Source of the DNA: Desulfomonilia bacterium
GTDB lineage: Bacteria > Desulfobacterota > Desulfomonilia > UBA1062
Direction of reading: 5' to 3'
Length of the DNA stretch: 64,000 nt
Assembly: GCA_963664325.2 (NCBI GenBank)
Contig: CAXXDQ010000007.1
Coordinates: forward strand, 256,001-320,000
This document shows, one piece after another, positions 48,162 to 57,654 of the stretch; position 1 is the stretch's first letter; each line of letters opens with the position of its first letter. A program made the position numbers and the translations under genes. Below the pieces are notes generated by a model, which searched no databases, was not told the origin of the DNA, and worked only from the letters and a program-made list of their open reading frames with translations.

Positions 48162-49196
48162 TTATCCGCCTATTAATGGACCCCTGACTGGCCATACATA
48201 TGATGTAGCTGCTTTGGATTGAATTTCTATTGAACCATCCATGAAGTCGACTGTCCATGCATACGACGAACTTGCTGCAAATGCAGTCGATGTCCAGTAT
48301 TTGACACTTGCGTACCCGATAAAAAAACCGACTGCCGAAGAAGTTATTGCAGGATCATACACAGATGCATCAAGTAAAGTCTCAAGCTCGGTAACGGTCG
48401 GCAAACGCCATTCTCCATCGGTCAGGTTCTTGCAGTATAAGTCCGCATCCCCCCATGTCTTGGCGATATCAAGGGGCTCTTCAAGCCATACGAGTTTTGT
48501 CAGATTATCTTCGATCATGCCGGTGGTATAGTCGGTGAACCTTACTGAAGGCCATGCTTTTCCAAATCTGAGGTATCCGTCCTGCTGCCTGCAGTTGCTG
48601 CCAGATGTGCACGCTGAAGGATCATTTTCCAGCGGATTATAGACATTCAACTGGCCGGTTACCGTAACCGTGTTGCCGGCAGCGCTTGGAATCCTCACAA
48701 GCAGCATGCTTGCGGCAACACTGGATTTTGAAATTGATTTTTTTGTGCCGTCGTACAAGTCTATGCACCAGGCGTTCTCAATCGCGCTCTCGTCGGTCGT
48801 TGACGTCCAATAGTAACTGCCTTCTGTTATCAATATATTCAAGAAAGGATATTTGCTGGCCAGCGCAGGACCATATTTTGTATAATCCATAAGGCTCATC
48901 ATTTCCCTTACATTCGGAAGATGCCAGGCCAGAGTTGGATCCTTCTGGTAATTCGTATAACTGAGATCCAATGCAACTCCCCAGCTCTTCAACCCGTAAA
49001 GACCGGTTATGTCCTGAGGGTCTTTCAACCATATCAGGGTGGTGTAATTATCCGTAACAGTCCCATCCCCGTTATCTGTAAACCTCGGGGGTTGGGGAAC
49101 CGGACCCGGTCCGCCGCTACTGCCACCGCCTCCACTCCCGCATGAGGCAATGAGAATAAACAGTAAGGGCAGCATCAGCCTTCTGAATCTGTTCAT
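48162..49196 (-). CDS. Lipoprotein with two Lcl C-terminal (DUF1566) domains
   Basis: Lipobox IASC; RFTDNGDGTVTDNYTTLIW, WHLPNVREM, YYWTST; second copy DNLTKLVW, WRLPTVTEL, YWTST. Confidence 0.85.
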   Translation of the reverse strand: MNRFRRLMLPLLFILIASCGSGGGGSSGGPGPVPQPPRFTDNGDGTVTDNYTTLIWLKDPQDITGLYGLKSWGVALDLSYTNYQKDPTLAWHLPNVREMMSLMDYTKYGPALASKYPFLNILITEGSYYWTSTTDESAIENAWCIDLYDGTKKSISKSSVAASMLLVRIPSAAGNTVTVTGQLNVYNPLENDPSACTSGSNCRQQDGYLRFGKAWPSVRFTDYTTGMIEDNLTKLVWLEEPLDIAKTWGDADLYCKNLTDGEWRLPTVTELETLLDASVYDPAITSSAVGFFIGYASVKYWTSTAFAASSSYAWTVDFMDGSIEIQSKAATSYVWPVRGPLIGG

Positions 49197-49392
49197 ATGT
49201 GCACCCCCGCTAATATATTACAGGATATCCTTTTGCCGGACCTGTAATGTCCTGATCGGTTTTCATAAGTGATTTGTTTACTGAAATATAGGTTAACTGT
49301 TTGCTAGAGATCGGATTTAATTTATCAAGAAATTTCAGGTTCTTTTCCCTGGTGAAGCGACTATTGGCACACCAGTTACAGACTCATTGTTT

Positions 49393-50598
49393 TCAGGCGT
49401 TTATGGCCGAAGAAACAAAACAGCTTCCTGAACCGCCGGAAGAACCTGAATCTCCATTGCCGTTGAAAGAATCAGTCCCAGTAACTGTCTGCTGCTGAGG
49501 CGTCTCGGATATCCTGAACCTGCCGAGAGTCTTTGTTGTAAAAACAGCCTTGCCGTTATCCGTTTTTGCTCCATCCTTGATATCGACCCACTTTTCTGTT
49601 GTAAAATCAAACATCTCAACAAAAGGGTTTTCACCGGAATATGGAACGGCAATCCTTGCCGGCTGCTTAAGTATTCTTCCATAAGGAAGTATGTCAAAGA
49701 CATATGCGGAGGTTCCGGTAATGCTCTGTCTTCCTGTCTGCGCCAAACTCAGTCCGATACCGACTTCAAGTTCCTCTGATGATGACCCGTCGGGAATATT
49801 CAGCTCTATTCCGGTTGTATTGTCGACGACTGACAGTGGTTCTCCGGAAGAAGTTCCGGCAACCAGGAGGATATTGCCGGTAACTGATATATTAAGTTTG
49901 TACTTAACCGACCCTGCCGCATCAATGAGGTTGTAGAAATAAAGACCTTCATTCTGAAAATTAAGGATAAGCCCAACCGGCACCGGGAATTCAGAGGATA
50001 TGGGGGTTACCTTCAGGGAATTATCAGGTAGAATCCCGTCAAGAGAATCAGAGGCACCCTGCTCCGTTATCATATAAATCATATACCCGTCATTATCAGG
50101 AAAGCTGAGGAAGTCGTTCATGTCGGTATGTGATTGATATTCTGTAAAATTGCTGAACCCGTCAAGATCATTGTCATACACTGCATCGAATGGATTTAAA
50201 GGATCAAGACCCATTGAAACTTCAACCATATCGGGTATGCCGTCTGAATCCGAATCCATTATGATCTGGGATTTGGGTATCAGGATATTGACCTCATCCG
50301 AAAAAACGCTCTCATTCCCTGAGGCATCATATGCCGTAACTGCAAAATAATACGTTACGCCTTCCTGAAGGCTATTTATACCAGCCTGTGTGACAGGTCC
50401 TTCGTCATCCACATGGATATATCTTCCCGATGCCGTTCCGTAATAGACCCTGTACCCAGCTACTTCATCTCCTGAAGGGTTTGCCTGCCATGAAACTTCA
50501 ACGGTGGCTGCATATGCTTTTCCGCCGACAATCAAGCCAAAAAAAACGTACACCATTACCCAGAATAAACCAATCCTCAATAAATTCATGATATACAT
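49393..50598 (-). CDS. Secreted fibronectin type III protein with Ca-binding Asp repeats and a Gly-rich/CFV tail
   Basis: Signal peptide; VSWQAN...GYRVYYG...YYFAVTAYD; DSDSDGIPD, DNDLDG; ends GGSGSCFVSSAINA; start uncertain. Confidence 0.82.
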   Translation of the reverse strand: MYIMNLLRIGLFWVMVYVFFGLIVGGKAYAATVEVSWQANPSGDEVAGYRVYYGTASGRYIHVDDEGPVTQAGINSLQEGVTYYFAVTAYDASGNESVFSDEVNILIPKSQIIMDSDSDGIPDMVEVSMGLDPLNPFDAVYDNDLDGFSNFTEYQSHTDMNDFLSFPDNDGYMIYMITEQGASDSLDGILPDNSLKVTPISSEFPVPVGLILNFQNEGLYFYNLIDAAGSVKYKLNISVTGNILLVAGTSSGEPLSVVDNTTGIELNIPDGSSSEELEVGIGLSLAQTGRQSITGTSAYVFDILPYGRILKQPARIAVPYSGENPFVEMFDFTTEKWVDIKDGAKTDNGKAVFTTKTLGRFRISETPQQQTVTGTDSFNGNGDSGSSGGSGSCFVSSAINA

Positions 50599-50600
50599 GT

Positions 50601-50616
50601 TACAAATGTTGTGCCA
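50601..50616 (-). promoter_or_regulatory. Possible sigma54 (-24/-12) promoter
   Basis: Minus strand TGGCAC-AACAT-TTGT, correct spacing, one mismatch to TTGC. Confidence 0.3.
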
Positions 50617-50717
50617 TTATAAATAATCTTTATTTTCAATATATTAACGAGTTTGTCTGGCTTGCAGGCGTACATTTACGAACGGTGCTGTTACAAATGC
50701 GTACGTCATCTGAAATG

Positions 50718-50752
50718 AAAGCCCCCGCACAAAAATCGTGCAGGGGCTTTTT
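50718..50752 (-). terminator. Intrinsic terminator after secF, potentially bidirectional
   Basis: AAAGCCCCCGCAC-AAAAATC-GTGCAGGGGCTTTTT. Confidence 0.8.
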
Positions 50753-50760
50753 GAAGACTA

Positions 50761-51672
50761 TCAGGAACTTTTATTTCCTTTGCTCATGAACAGAACAACC
50801 GGGCTTGCAATGAATATAGAGGAGTAGCATCCGACGATTACACCTATCAGCATAACAAAGGCAAAATTATGAATTACTGCTCCGCCTTTTAGGAATAAAA
50901 CAAGAACGACCAGAAATACGGTGAAGGCGGTCAGCAATGTCCTGCTGAGTGTCTGGCTTATGCTAAGACTCATGATGTGGCCCAGGTCATAGTTTGGAGA
51001 TTGCTGTTTCCTTATATTTTCCCGGATTCTGTCAAAAACAACGACAGTATCATTCAGTGAATATCCTATCAATGTAAGTACAGACGACACGACTATGAGG
51101 TCGACCTCCTTTCTAAACAAAGACAGTATCCCGACAACAACAATGACATCATGCAAAGTAGCTACGATGGCACCAATTGAAAACCTGAATTCAAAACGCC
51201 ACCATACATAAATAAGTATACCAAGGCATGCATATATCATTGACAGGAGGCCTTTTGTTTTTATGTCCTTGCTCACAGTGCCACCTACCATGTCAACACT
51301 GTTGATTTTGACATTCCCCTTTCCGAATGAGGCCGCAAGGGCATTCTGGATATTCTGGGAAAGACCCTTCTCAATCTCCTCGTTTTTCGCAGTCCGTATA
51401 AGGAACTCGTTGTTCACGGACGGGCCTACTCCCTGAATCCTCTCATTCTGAAGACCCATCGGCGTCAGCGATTTCCTTATGTCGTCCGCACTGACATTTG
51501 TGAGAAATTTGACCTGAATCACAGTGCCGCCTGCAAAGTCGATTCCATAATTGAATCCGTGTATGGCTACACTTGCTATACCAGCAAGAGAGATGATTAT
51601 GGAAAAGGTGATCGCATACCACCTGTATTTCATGAAATCGATAAATGTTCCCGGTTTTACAAATTCTAGCAT
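50761..51672 (-). CDS. secF: Protein translocase subunit SecF
   Basis: GIDFAGG, HDV, GYSLNDTVVVFDRIRE, QTLSRT. Confidence 0.97.
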   Translation of the reverse strand: MLEFVKPGTFIDFMKYRWYAITFSIIISLAGIASVAIHGFNYGIDFAGGTVIQVKFLTNVSADDIRKSLTPMGLQNERIQGVGPSVNNEFLIRTAKNEEIEKGLSQNIQNALAASFGKGNVKINSVDMVGGTVSKDIKTKGLLSMIYACLGILIYVWWRFEFRFSIGAIVATLHDVIVVVGILSLFRKEVDLIVVSSVLTLIGYSLNDTVVVFDRIRENIRKQQSPNYDLGHIMSLSISQTLSRTLLTAFTVFLVVLVLFLKGGAVIHNFAFVMLIGVIVGCYSSIFIASPVVLFMSKGNKSS

Positions 51673-51684
51673 GACTGGCCTCCC

Positions 51685-53274
51685 CTATATGCTGATGTGT
51701 TCAACATTCTTCTTGTTGACAAACCATTCCATGACCCATCTGCACATGACCAGTGTAGTGAACAATGTTGTAAGAATACCAAAACACATGGTTATGGCAA
51801 AACCCTTGACTGGTCCTGTTCCGAACTGGAAAAGAACAATACCGGCAATAAGGGCGGTGATGTTTGAGTCCACAACTGTCGGAAGCGCATGCTTATATCC
51901 GGCCTCAACAACCATTTTGGGCGTCCGCCCAAGACGTATTTCCTCCCGCATTCGCTCGAAAACCAGTATGTTTGCATCAACCGCCATACCGATTGTCAAC
52001 ACCATGCCGGCAATACCAGGAAGGGTAAGAACCGCTCCGAAGAGAGACATGATCGCCAGAATCAAAATAAGATGTATGGCGTCGGCAGCGCTGGCGAGAA
52101 GACCGGAGGCCCTGTAATAAACAAGCATGAATATTATTACCAGAATACCACCTATGCCGCATGCAATGACTCCCTTATGAATGGAGTCCTTACCAAGTGA
52201 TGGGCCGACGGTCCTTTCTTCCTGTATTTCGACAGGAGCCAGCAATGACCCGGACCTCAGGACAATAGCCAGATTTTTTGCTTCCTGATCGGTGAATCTG
52301 CCCGTTATCGACGCCTTGCCTCCTGATATTCTGTCCTTTATTACCGGGGCTGAGTAGACTTTGTTGTCGAGAAGTATGGCAAGTCGTTTATTGACATTAT
52401 CACCTGTGATCCGTTCAAAGTCCCTGGCCCCCTGTGTATTGAAATCAAGAGAAATGTAGGGACTGGCGCGGTCTATCTTTACCCTGGCATCATTGAGGGT
52501 GTCCCCAGTTAATTCGACCTGCTGTTTCAGCAGTATGGGTTCATTCGTTTCCTTCATATATGCAATGTAACTGCCCTGCGGTATATCACCCGCCTGGGCG
52601 TTTGACAGGGAATGCTCCTCATCTACAAGCTTGAATTCCAGAACAGCCGTTTCCCCGATAAGCTTTTTGGCCCTTTCGGGGTCCGTAATTCCGGGGAGCT
52701 GTACGTTGATGCGATCTCTGCCCTCCGTTATGATAGACGGCTCGCTCACACCCAGTTGGTCTATCCTGTTCCTGATGGTCTCAAGGGCCTGGCTTATCGA
52801 AGAATCCTTGATCTTTTGGGCCTCGTCTCTCTTTATGGTAAATTTCAAGGCGGTCATACCACCAACTGTCTCGGTAGACGGATCAGTAAAATATGGATAC
52901 TGTTCCTTTATTGCACCTGAAAGCTTATCCTGATCGGCAGGATCCCTTAATACCGCGACAATGGCATCCGGTGCTACCGATTCAATTTTTGTATAATGTA
53001 TTCTTTTCTGCTGCATCTCCGATTTCAGTGATGAAGCGATGATATTCAACTTGCCAGCAACCGCTTTGTCGGTGTCCACTTTGAGGACCAGATGCATGCC
53101 GCCCTGAAGGTCAAGTCCCAGTTTAACCTGTTTGACATATTTCCCGACAGGCCCAAGCCAGTTGTCGGCCAGCTGATACGGTGTGAGCAGCGAGACCATA
53201 GTCGGCAATGAAAGTATCAGTCCAAGGACCAACACGACTGCTATTATGATCCCACGCATTCTGAAATTGTTCAT
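51685..53274 (-). CDS. secD: Protein translocase subunit SecD
   Basis: LGLDLQGG, RIDQLGVSEP, VGPSLG, GMAVDAN, GPVKGFA. Confidence 0.97.
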   Translation of the reverse strand: MNNFRMRGIIIAVVLVLGLILSLPTMVSLLTPYQLADNWLGPVGKYVKQVKLGLDLQGGMHLVLKVDTDKAVAGKLNIIASSLKSEMQQKRIHYTKIESVAPDAIVAVLRDPADQDKLSGAIKEQYPYFTDPSTETVGGMTALKFTIKRDEAQKIKDSSISQALETIRNRIDQLGVSEPSIITEGRDRINVQLPGITDPERAKKLIGETAVLEFKLVDEEHSLSNAQAGDIPQGSYIAYMKETNEPILLKQQVELTGDTLNDARVKIDRASPYISLDFNTQGARDFERITGDNVNKRLAILLDNKVYSAPVIKDRISGGKASITGRFTDQEAKNLAIVLRSGSLLAPVEIQEERTVGPSLGKDSIHKGVIACGIGGILVIIFMLVYYRASGLLASAADAIHLILILAIMSLFGAVLTLPGIAGMVLTIGMAVDANILVFERMREEIRLGRTPKMVVEAGYKHALPTVVDSNITALIAGIVLFQFGTGPVKGFAITMCFGILTTLFTTLVMCRWVMEWFVNKKNVEHISI

Positions 53275-53288
53275 TTAAATCCCCCTTT

Positions 53289-53576
53289 TTAAGCCTTGGT
53301 TACGGCTTTACTGTCCTCGGAGCCCTTTTTATAGGAAATAAACTCTCTGGATACCTTTATCTTAACGTTCTGTGCAATTTCAATCGTAAGGACGTTTTCA
53401 GCAACACCCACGACCTTGCCGTGAATACCTCCCGTCGTAACCACTTCGTCTCCCTTGTCGATCTTGGAAAGCATCTCCCGGTGCTGTTTAGCCTTTTTCT
53501 GCTGGGGCATTATAAGCAGGAAATAAAAAATTACAAAGATAAGAATCAGCGGGGCAATGCTCATCAGCATCCCCAT
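53289..53576 (-). CDS. yajC: Preprotein translocase subunit YajC (original start may be 53620, with a frameshift)
   Basis: IFYFLLIMPQQKK, GDEVVTTGGIHG; lies between tgt and secD. Confidence 0.93.
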   Translation of the reverse strand: MGMLMSIAPLILIFVIFYFLLIMPQQKKAKQHREMLSKIDKGDEVVTTGGIHGKVVGVAENVLTIEIAQNVKIKVSREFISYKKGSEDSKAVTKA

Positions 53577-53612
53577 TGTTCCTCCGACGCCGCATCTGCA
53601 GCATAAGCAACA

Positions 53613-54728
53613 CTAATCATTGTACATCTCCTTTATGCTTGATCTTAATTTATCAAAATATTGGTTCTCTACGGAATGCCGCATCTTTAACATTAATTCA
53701 AGATAGAAATGCAGGTTATGCATGGTAGCAAGGACAGAAGACAGTATTTCACCCGACATGAACAGGTGTCTGAGGTATGCAAGCGAGAAATTTCTGCATG
53801 TATAGCAGGTACAGCTTTCGTCAGGCGGTCCTTTTTCAAGCTTGTATTTAGCCTGTTTTAGGGTGATTTTGCCTTTCCATGTAAAAAGCTGGCCGTTTCT
53901 TGCATTCCTTGTTGGAAGCACACAGTCGAACATGTCGATTCCGCGGGCTACGGCTTCAACGATATCAAGCGGGGTCCCCACGCCCATAAGGTAATGCGGC
54001 CGATCGGATGGCAGCAGCGGTAAGGTATATTCAAGCACCTCCATCATCGTGTCATGGCTTTCTCCGACAGACAGTCCGCCTACAGCAATGCCGTCAAACC
54101 CCAGTTCGCTTATCTGGACAGCACTCATTTCACGCAGATTCCTGAAAACACCTCCCTGAACAATTCCAAAAAGTGCATTTTCACCATGCCTTGCATTAAC
54201 GCACCGCTTTGCCCAGAAGGATGTTCTTTTTACGGCATTAAAAGCCTGCTCTTCGCTGCAGGGATAGGGCACGCATTCATCAAGGACCATCATGATATCG
54301 GAACCCAGTTTTTCCTGGATTTGAACGGCCTTTTCAGGAGTAAGACACCTTGTGCTGCCATCGATGTGAGACTGAAACTCGATGCCGTCGTCGGTGATTT
54401 TCCTTAGTTTGGCCAGACTGAAAACCTGATATCCCCCGCTGTCGGTAAGAATCGGACCGTCCCATGCCATGAATTTATGCAGCCCGCCGATCGTTTCTAT
54501 AAGGTCTTCACCTGGGCGCAGATGAAGATGATAGGTGTTTGAAAGTATAATCTGGGCCCCAGTATTTTTCAGATTCTCAGGGGTCATGGCCTTGACCGTG
54601 CCCTGAGTGCCCACAGGCATGAATGCCGGGGTGTCAACTGTCCCTCTCGAGGTATAGAACCTGCCTCTCCTGGCATTGTCGGATTCCGCCAGTACATCGA
54701 ATCTAAATGATGAACATTGCGTCTCCAT
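53613..54728 (-). CDS. tgt: Queuine tRNA-ribosyltransferase
   Basis: TPAFMPVGT, NTYHL, TDSGGYQ, GIVQGG, DMFDCVLPTR, CTCYTC. Confidence 0.98.
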   Translation of the reverse strand: METQCSSFRFDVLAESDNARRGRFYTSRGTVDTPAFMPVGTQGTVKAMTPENLKNTGAQIILSNTYHLHLRPGEDLIETIGGLHKFMAWDGPILTDSGGYQVFSLAKLRKITDDGIEFQSHIDGSTRCLTPEKAVQIQEKLGSDIMMVLDECVPYPCSEEQAFNAVKRTSFWAKRCVNARHGENALFGIVQGGVFRNLREMSAVQISELGFDGIAVGGLSVGESHDTMMEVLEYTLPLLPSDRPHYLMGVGTPLDIVEAVARGIDMFDCVLPTRNARNGQLFTWKGKITLKQAKYKLEKGPPDESCTCYTCRNFSLAYLRHLFMSGEILSSVLATMHNLHFYLELMLKMRHSVENQYFDKLRSSIKEMYND

Positions 54729-55710
54729 AACTGAAGAACCTGTACCTTTCCCTAACGGCTTCCTTATATGCTCTCATGATCAGGTCATATCCGCCGAACG
54801 CACATGCCAGCATGATAAGGGTGGAACATGGCAGATGGAAATTCGTCAGCAGCGCATTAACGCATCTGAATTCAAACCCCGGTCTTATAAAAATATCCGT
54901 ACTGCCGTGACATGCCCTTATTCTACCTTTTTCACGCATCAGGTGTTCAAGAACACGCGCGGTGGTAGTTCCAACCGATACTATCCTTGTTTTATTATTC
55001 ATTGCACTATTTATTTTTTTCGATACATGGCCCCCGACAAAAAATTCCTCATCATGCATTGTGTGTTCATCAATATTGTTGACCCTTACCGGCTGGAAAG
55101 TACCGAGCCCCACATGCAGCGTTATATAAACCGTTTCGACCCCTTTTCTTGGAAAACCGGACAGCATTTTTTTAGTAAAATGCAGTCCCGCAGTTGGCGC
55201 CGCTACCGAGCCGTCATTATTTGCATAAACTGTCTGATAATATTCCTTATCGAGTTCTTCAGCCTTTCTCGAAATATACGGCGGCAAGGGCATACTACCC
55301 GTCGTAAGGATAAGTTCCGGTCTGTCAAATTCGACAATACATTTCTCAGATTCCCTTTCAAGAACTAAAGCCTTGAGGCCGCTTTCAAAGTGCACTGTTG
55401 TACCGGGACGTGACGGTTTTGAAGATCTGACAAGACTCTCCCATTTCCCGGTTTCAATTTCCTTCAACAGGAATATCTCTACATTTCCACCCGTTGTTTT
55501 TTTGCCGTTTAATCTGGCCGGTATTACCCTGCTGTCGTTGAGAACAACCGTATCTCCGGGTAAAAGATATTTATTCAGATCTTTAAAATGCAAATGTGAT
55601 ATTTCCGCCTTTGACCGTTCAACGACCATAAGCCTTTCTGTACCGCGTGAAAGCGGGTATTGGGCAATAAGTGCCTCAGGAAGGTCGTAATGAAAATCTT
55701 TCAGTTCCAT
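54703..55710 (-). CDS. queA: S-adenosylmethionine:tRNA ribosyltransferase-isomerase
   Basis: LIAQYP, PLPPYI, AAPTAGLHF, VGTT, TNFHLP, YRFFSYGDA. Confidence 0.98.
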   Translation of the reverse strand: MELKDFHYDLPEALIAQYPLSRGTERLMVVERSKAEISHLHFKDLNKYLLPGDTVVLNDSRVIPARLNGKKTTGGNVEIFLLKEIETGKWESLVRSSKPSRPGTTVHFESGLKALVLERESEKCIVEFDRPELILTTGSMPLPPYISRKAEELDKEYYQTVYANNDGSVAAPTAGLHFTKKMLSGFPRKGVETVYITLHVGLGTFQPVRVNNIDEHTMHDEEFFVGGHVSKKINSAMNNKTRIVSVGTTTARVLEHLMREKGRIRACHGSTDIFIRPGFEFRCVNALLTNFHLPCSTLIMLACAFGGYDLIMRAYKEAVRERYRFFSYGDAMFII

Positions 55711-55716
55711 CGGGTT

Positions 55717-55920
55717 CTATCCGAGATTCCTGCCCCAATAGATTATTGCAAGCCCCGACGCTGCGCAAACAATTCCTGCAATCTGAATCCATATTTCAGG
55801 TATCTTGTCAATATGCCTGGCTGCAAGCTTCAACCCTTTCGGAAAGATCATGTACGGCAAGGCTTCGATGATAAAAACCATGCCGATAACGCACATAAAA
55901 TATGCAAGATCGAATTTCAT
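55717..55920 (-). CDS. DUF2065-family small membrane protein
   Basis: IGMVFIIEALPYMIFP pattern upstream of queA. Confidence 0.8.
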   Translation of the reverse strand: MKFDLAYFMCVIGMVFIIEALPYMIFPKGLKLAARHIDKIPEIWIQIAGIVCAASGLAIIYWGRNLG

Positions 55921-55933
55921 GAAAGACCCTCTA

Positions 55934-56950
55934 TCATGTATGTGACGACTTAATCAAATCTTCATCAATGACATGGACATCAATTGACTTGTCCATCTTT
56001 TCCGGCGATTCACCCCAGGAAGCACTGTTGCCTTCCGTACCCCTGGCCTTGGTGTAGCTGAGACATATGGATGCCGCGAGTTCAAGGTTTTCCGTGTTGA
56101 TGTCTCCCCTGATAACGCCTGTGGGTCCGGGTATGTTATCTATCTTGACAAAGACGTTCCCTTTAAATTTCAGCGTTTCGGCAATAACATTTTCATGCTC
56201 ATCCCTTGGAACTATCATCACAGTATTTCTATCGATTGTAAATTTTCTTCCGATGACATCCATCACCAAATCCGCCCTTGAGGGTACTTTCGGGCTGAAC
56301 CTGTCAATCGTCCGCCTGACCTTTTCGGCAATCTGAACGTATGTCAGAAGGCAGCCTCCTGCCGGTGACGGAATATCATCCTTAAGAATACCATAAGAAA
56401 AAGCGAGTTTTTCCTGCCTTTTCCTGCCCCGGCCTGTAATATCGAGCATATCTTCTTTATTTAAGATGCCTTCTTTTTCCGGTAAAGATGGCGGCATATT
56501 CCTGGCGCATAGAGGCCTGACCAGGAGTCCCTTCAGTCCCGAGTCCCTTTCTATAACATTCATTGCATCCCTTCTCTGAGACATGGGCCTCTGTCCGAGT
56601 ACTTCTCCTGTTATCACAAAAGATGCATTATAATCCTTTAAAAGTTCTTTGGCTTTTCTCAACATTCCGATCTTGCAGTCTATGCATGGGTTCATATGCT
56701 TGCCGTAGCCGTGTGCGGGATCGGCAAGTATTTTTATGAACTCGTCAGTGTAATCGATTATCTCAGGCACTATGCCAAATTTGCTGAGATGCTTCTCTTT
56801 GAATTCTGCAGGAAATAACAGGGTGTTAAATCCGAAAAATGGTGTTGCAAAATAAAGGGGAACAACATCAATTCCCAGGTCCCGGACAAATCTTACACAT
56901 ATCAGGCTGTCAAGCCCTCCGGAATAAAGTGCCAAACAGCGCTTATGCAT
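55934..56950 (-). CDS. ThiI/MnmA-like PP-loop tRNA thiouridylase family protein
   Basis: LYSGGLDS, GYGKHMNPCIDC, TGEVLGQRPMSQ, PAGGCLLT. Confidence 0.82.
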   Translation of the reverse strand: MHKRCLALYSGGLDSLICVRFVRDLGIDVVPLYFATPFFGFNTLLFPAEFKEKHLSKFGIVPEIIDYTDEFIKILADPAHGYGKHMNPCIDCKIGMLRKAKELLKDYNASFVITGEVLGQRPMSQRRDAMNVIERDSGLKGLLVRPLCARNMPPSLPEKEGILNKEDMLDITGRGRKRQEKLAFSYGILKDDIPSPAGGCLLTYVQIAEKVRRTIDRFSPKVPSRADLVMDVIGRKFTIDRNTVMIVPRDEHENVIAETLKFKGNVFVKIDNIPGPTGVIRGDINTENLELAASICLSYTKARGTEGNSASWGESPEKMDKSIDVHVIDEDLIKSSHT

Positions 56951-56991
56951 ATACAAGGCCCTTTCCATTATTTCAGGGTTCTAATTAACAT

Positions 56992-57026
56992 AAAAAAGAT
57001 CCATACCGCTATTGCAGTATGGATCT
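56992..57026 (-). terminator. Intrinsic terminator after tRNA-Asp
   Basis: Minus strand AGATCCATACTGC-AATA-GCGGTATGGATCT followed by a T run. Confidence 0.8.
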
Positions 57027-57032
57027 GGAATC

Positions 57033-57109
57033 TGGCGGGAGCGACGGGACTCGAACCCGCGACCTTCGGCGTGACAGGCCGACGTTATAACCAACTTAAC
57101 TACGCCCCC
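57033..57109 (-). tRNA. tRNA-Asp(GTC)
   Basis: GGGGGCG/CGCTCCC acceptor stem, CTGTCAC anticodon loop, GGTTCGAGTCC T-arm, encoded CCA. Confidence 0.97.
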
Positions 57110-57129
57110 CGCGTGTCTGTTTATTTTCT

Positions 57130-57204
57130 TGGTAGGCGGAACAGGGTTTGAACCTGTGACCCTCGGCTTGTAAGGCCGATGCTCTCCCGCTGAGCTACCC
57201 GCCC
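57130..57204 (-). tRNA. tRNA-Val(TAC)
   Basis: GGGCGGG/TCCGCCT acceptor stem, CTTACAA anticodon loop, GGTTCAAACCC T-arm, encoded CCA. Confidence 0.97.
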
Positions 57205-57217
57205 TGAACCTTAAAAG

Positions 57218-57496
57218 CTATTTCTTGTTTACTGCATCCTTGAAAGATTTACCTGCCCTGAAGCGGGGAGATTTCGATGCTTTAATCTTTATAGGTTTCC
57301 TTGTCCTCGGATTTACACCCTGACGTTCTGCCCTTTTTACAACCTCGAACGTTCCAAAGCCAACCAATGTTACTTTATTCCCTTTGGCAAGCGCTTCAGT
57401 GACCGCCTCTGTTGCAGCGTTAATAGCTTTCTCTGCTGCTGCCTTCGGCAAACCGGCTTTTCCTGCAACGACCGCTATCAGTTCAGTTTTAGTCAA
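57218..57496 (-). CDS. hup: DNA-binding protein HU
   Basis: MTKTELI, VTLVGFGTF, GVNPRT, PRFRAGK; TTG start with GGAGG. Confidence 0.96.
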   Translation of the reverse strand: MTKTELIAVVAGKAGLPKAAAEKAINAATEAVTEALAKGNKVTLVGFGTFEVVKRAERQGVNPRTRKPIKIKASKSPRFRAGKSFKDAVNKK

Positions 57497-57654
57497 AACA
57501 TACCTCCTATGAAATCTATGATTTTTTTATTATTGCTTTCACCCGCGACAGTAACTAACAGCTATTGCAGGTGGTGTCAATATCTTAAATGCCCTGTTAA
57601 TCACATTTTACAGACAAAATGATTGGACGATTATTTGTCTGGTTAATGCAACTC

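Noticed and set aside
49217-49248. ATTACAGG...CCTGTAAT inverted repeat upstream of the DUF1566 gene
   Set aside because: 8 bp arms with a long spacer and a single occurrence; possible operator but insufficient evidence
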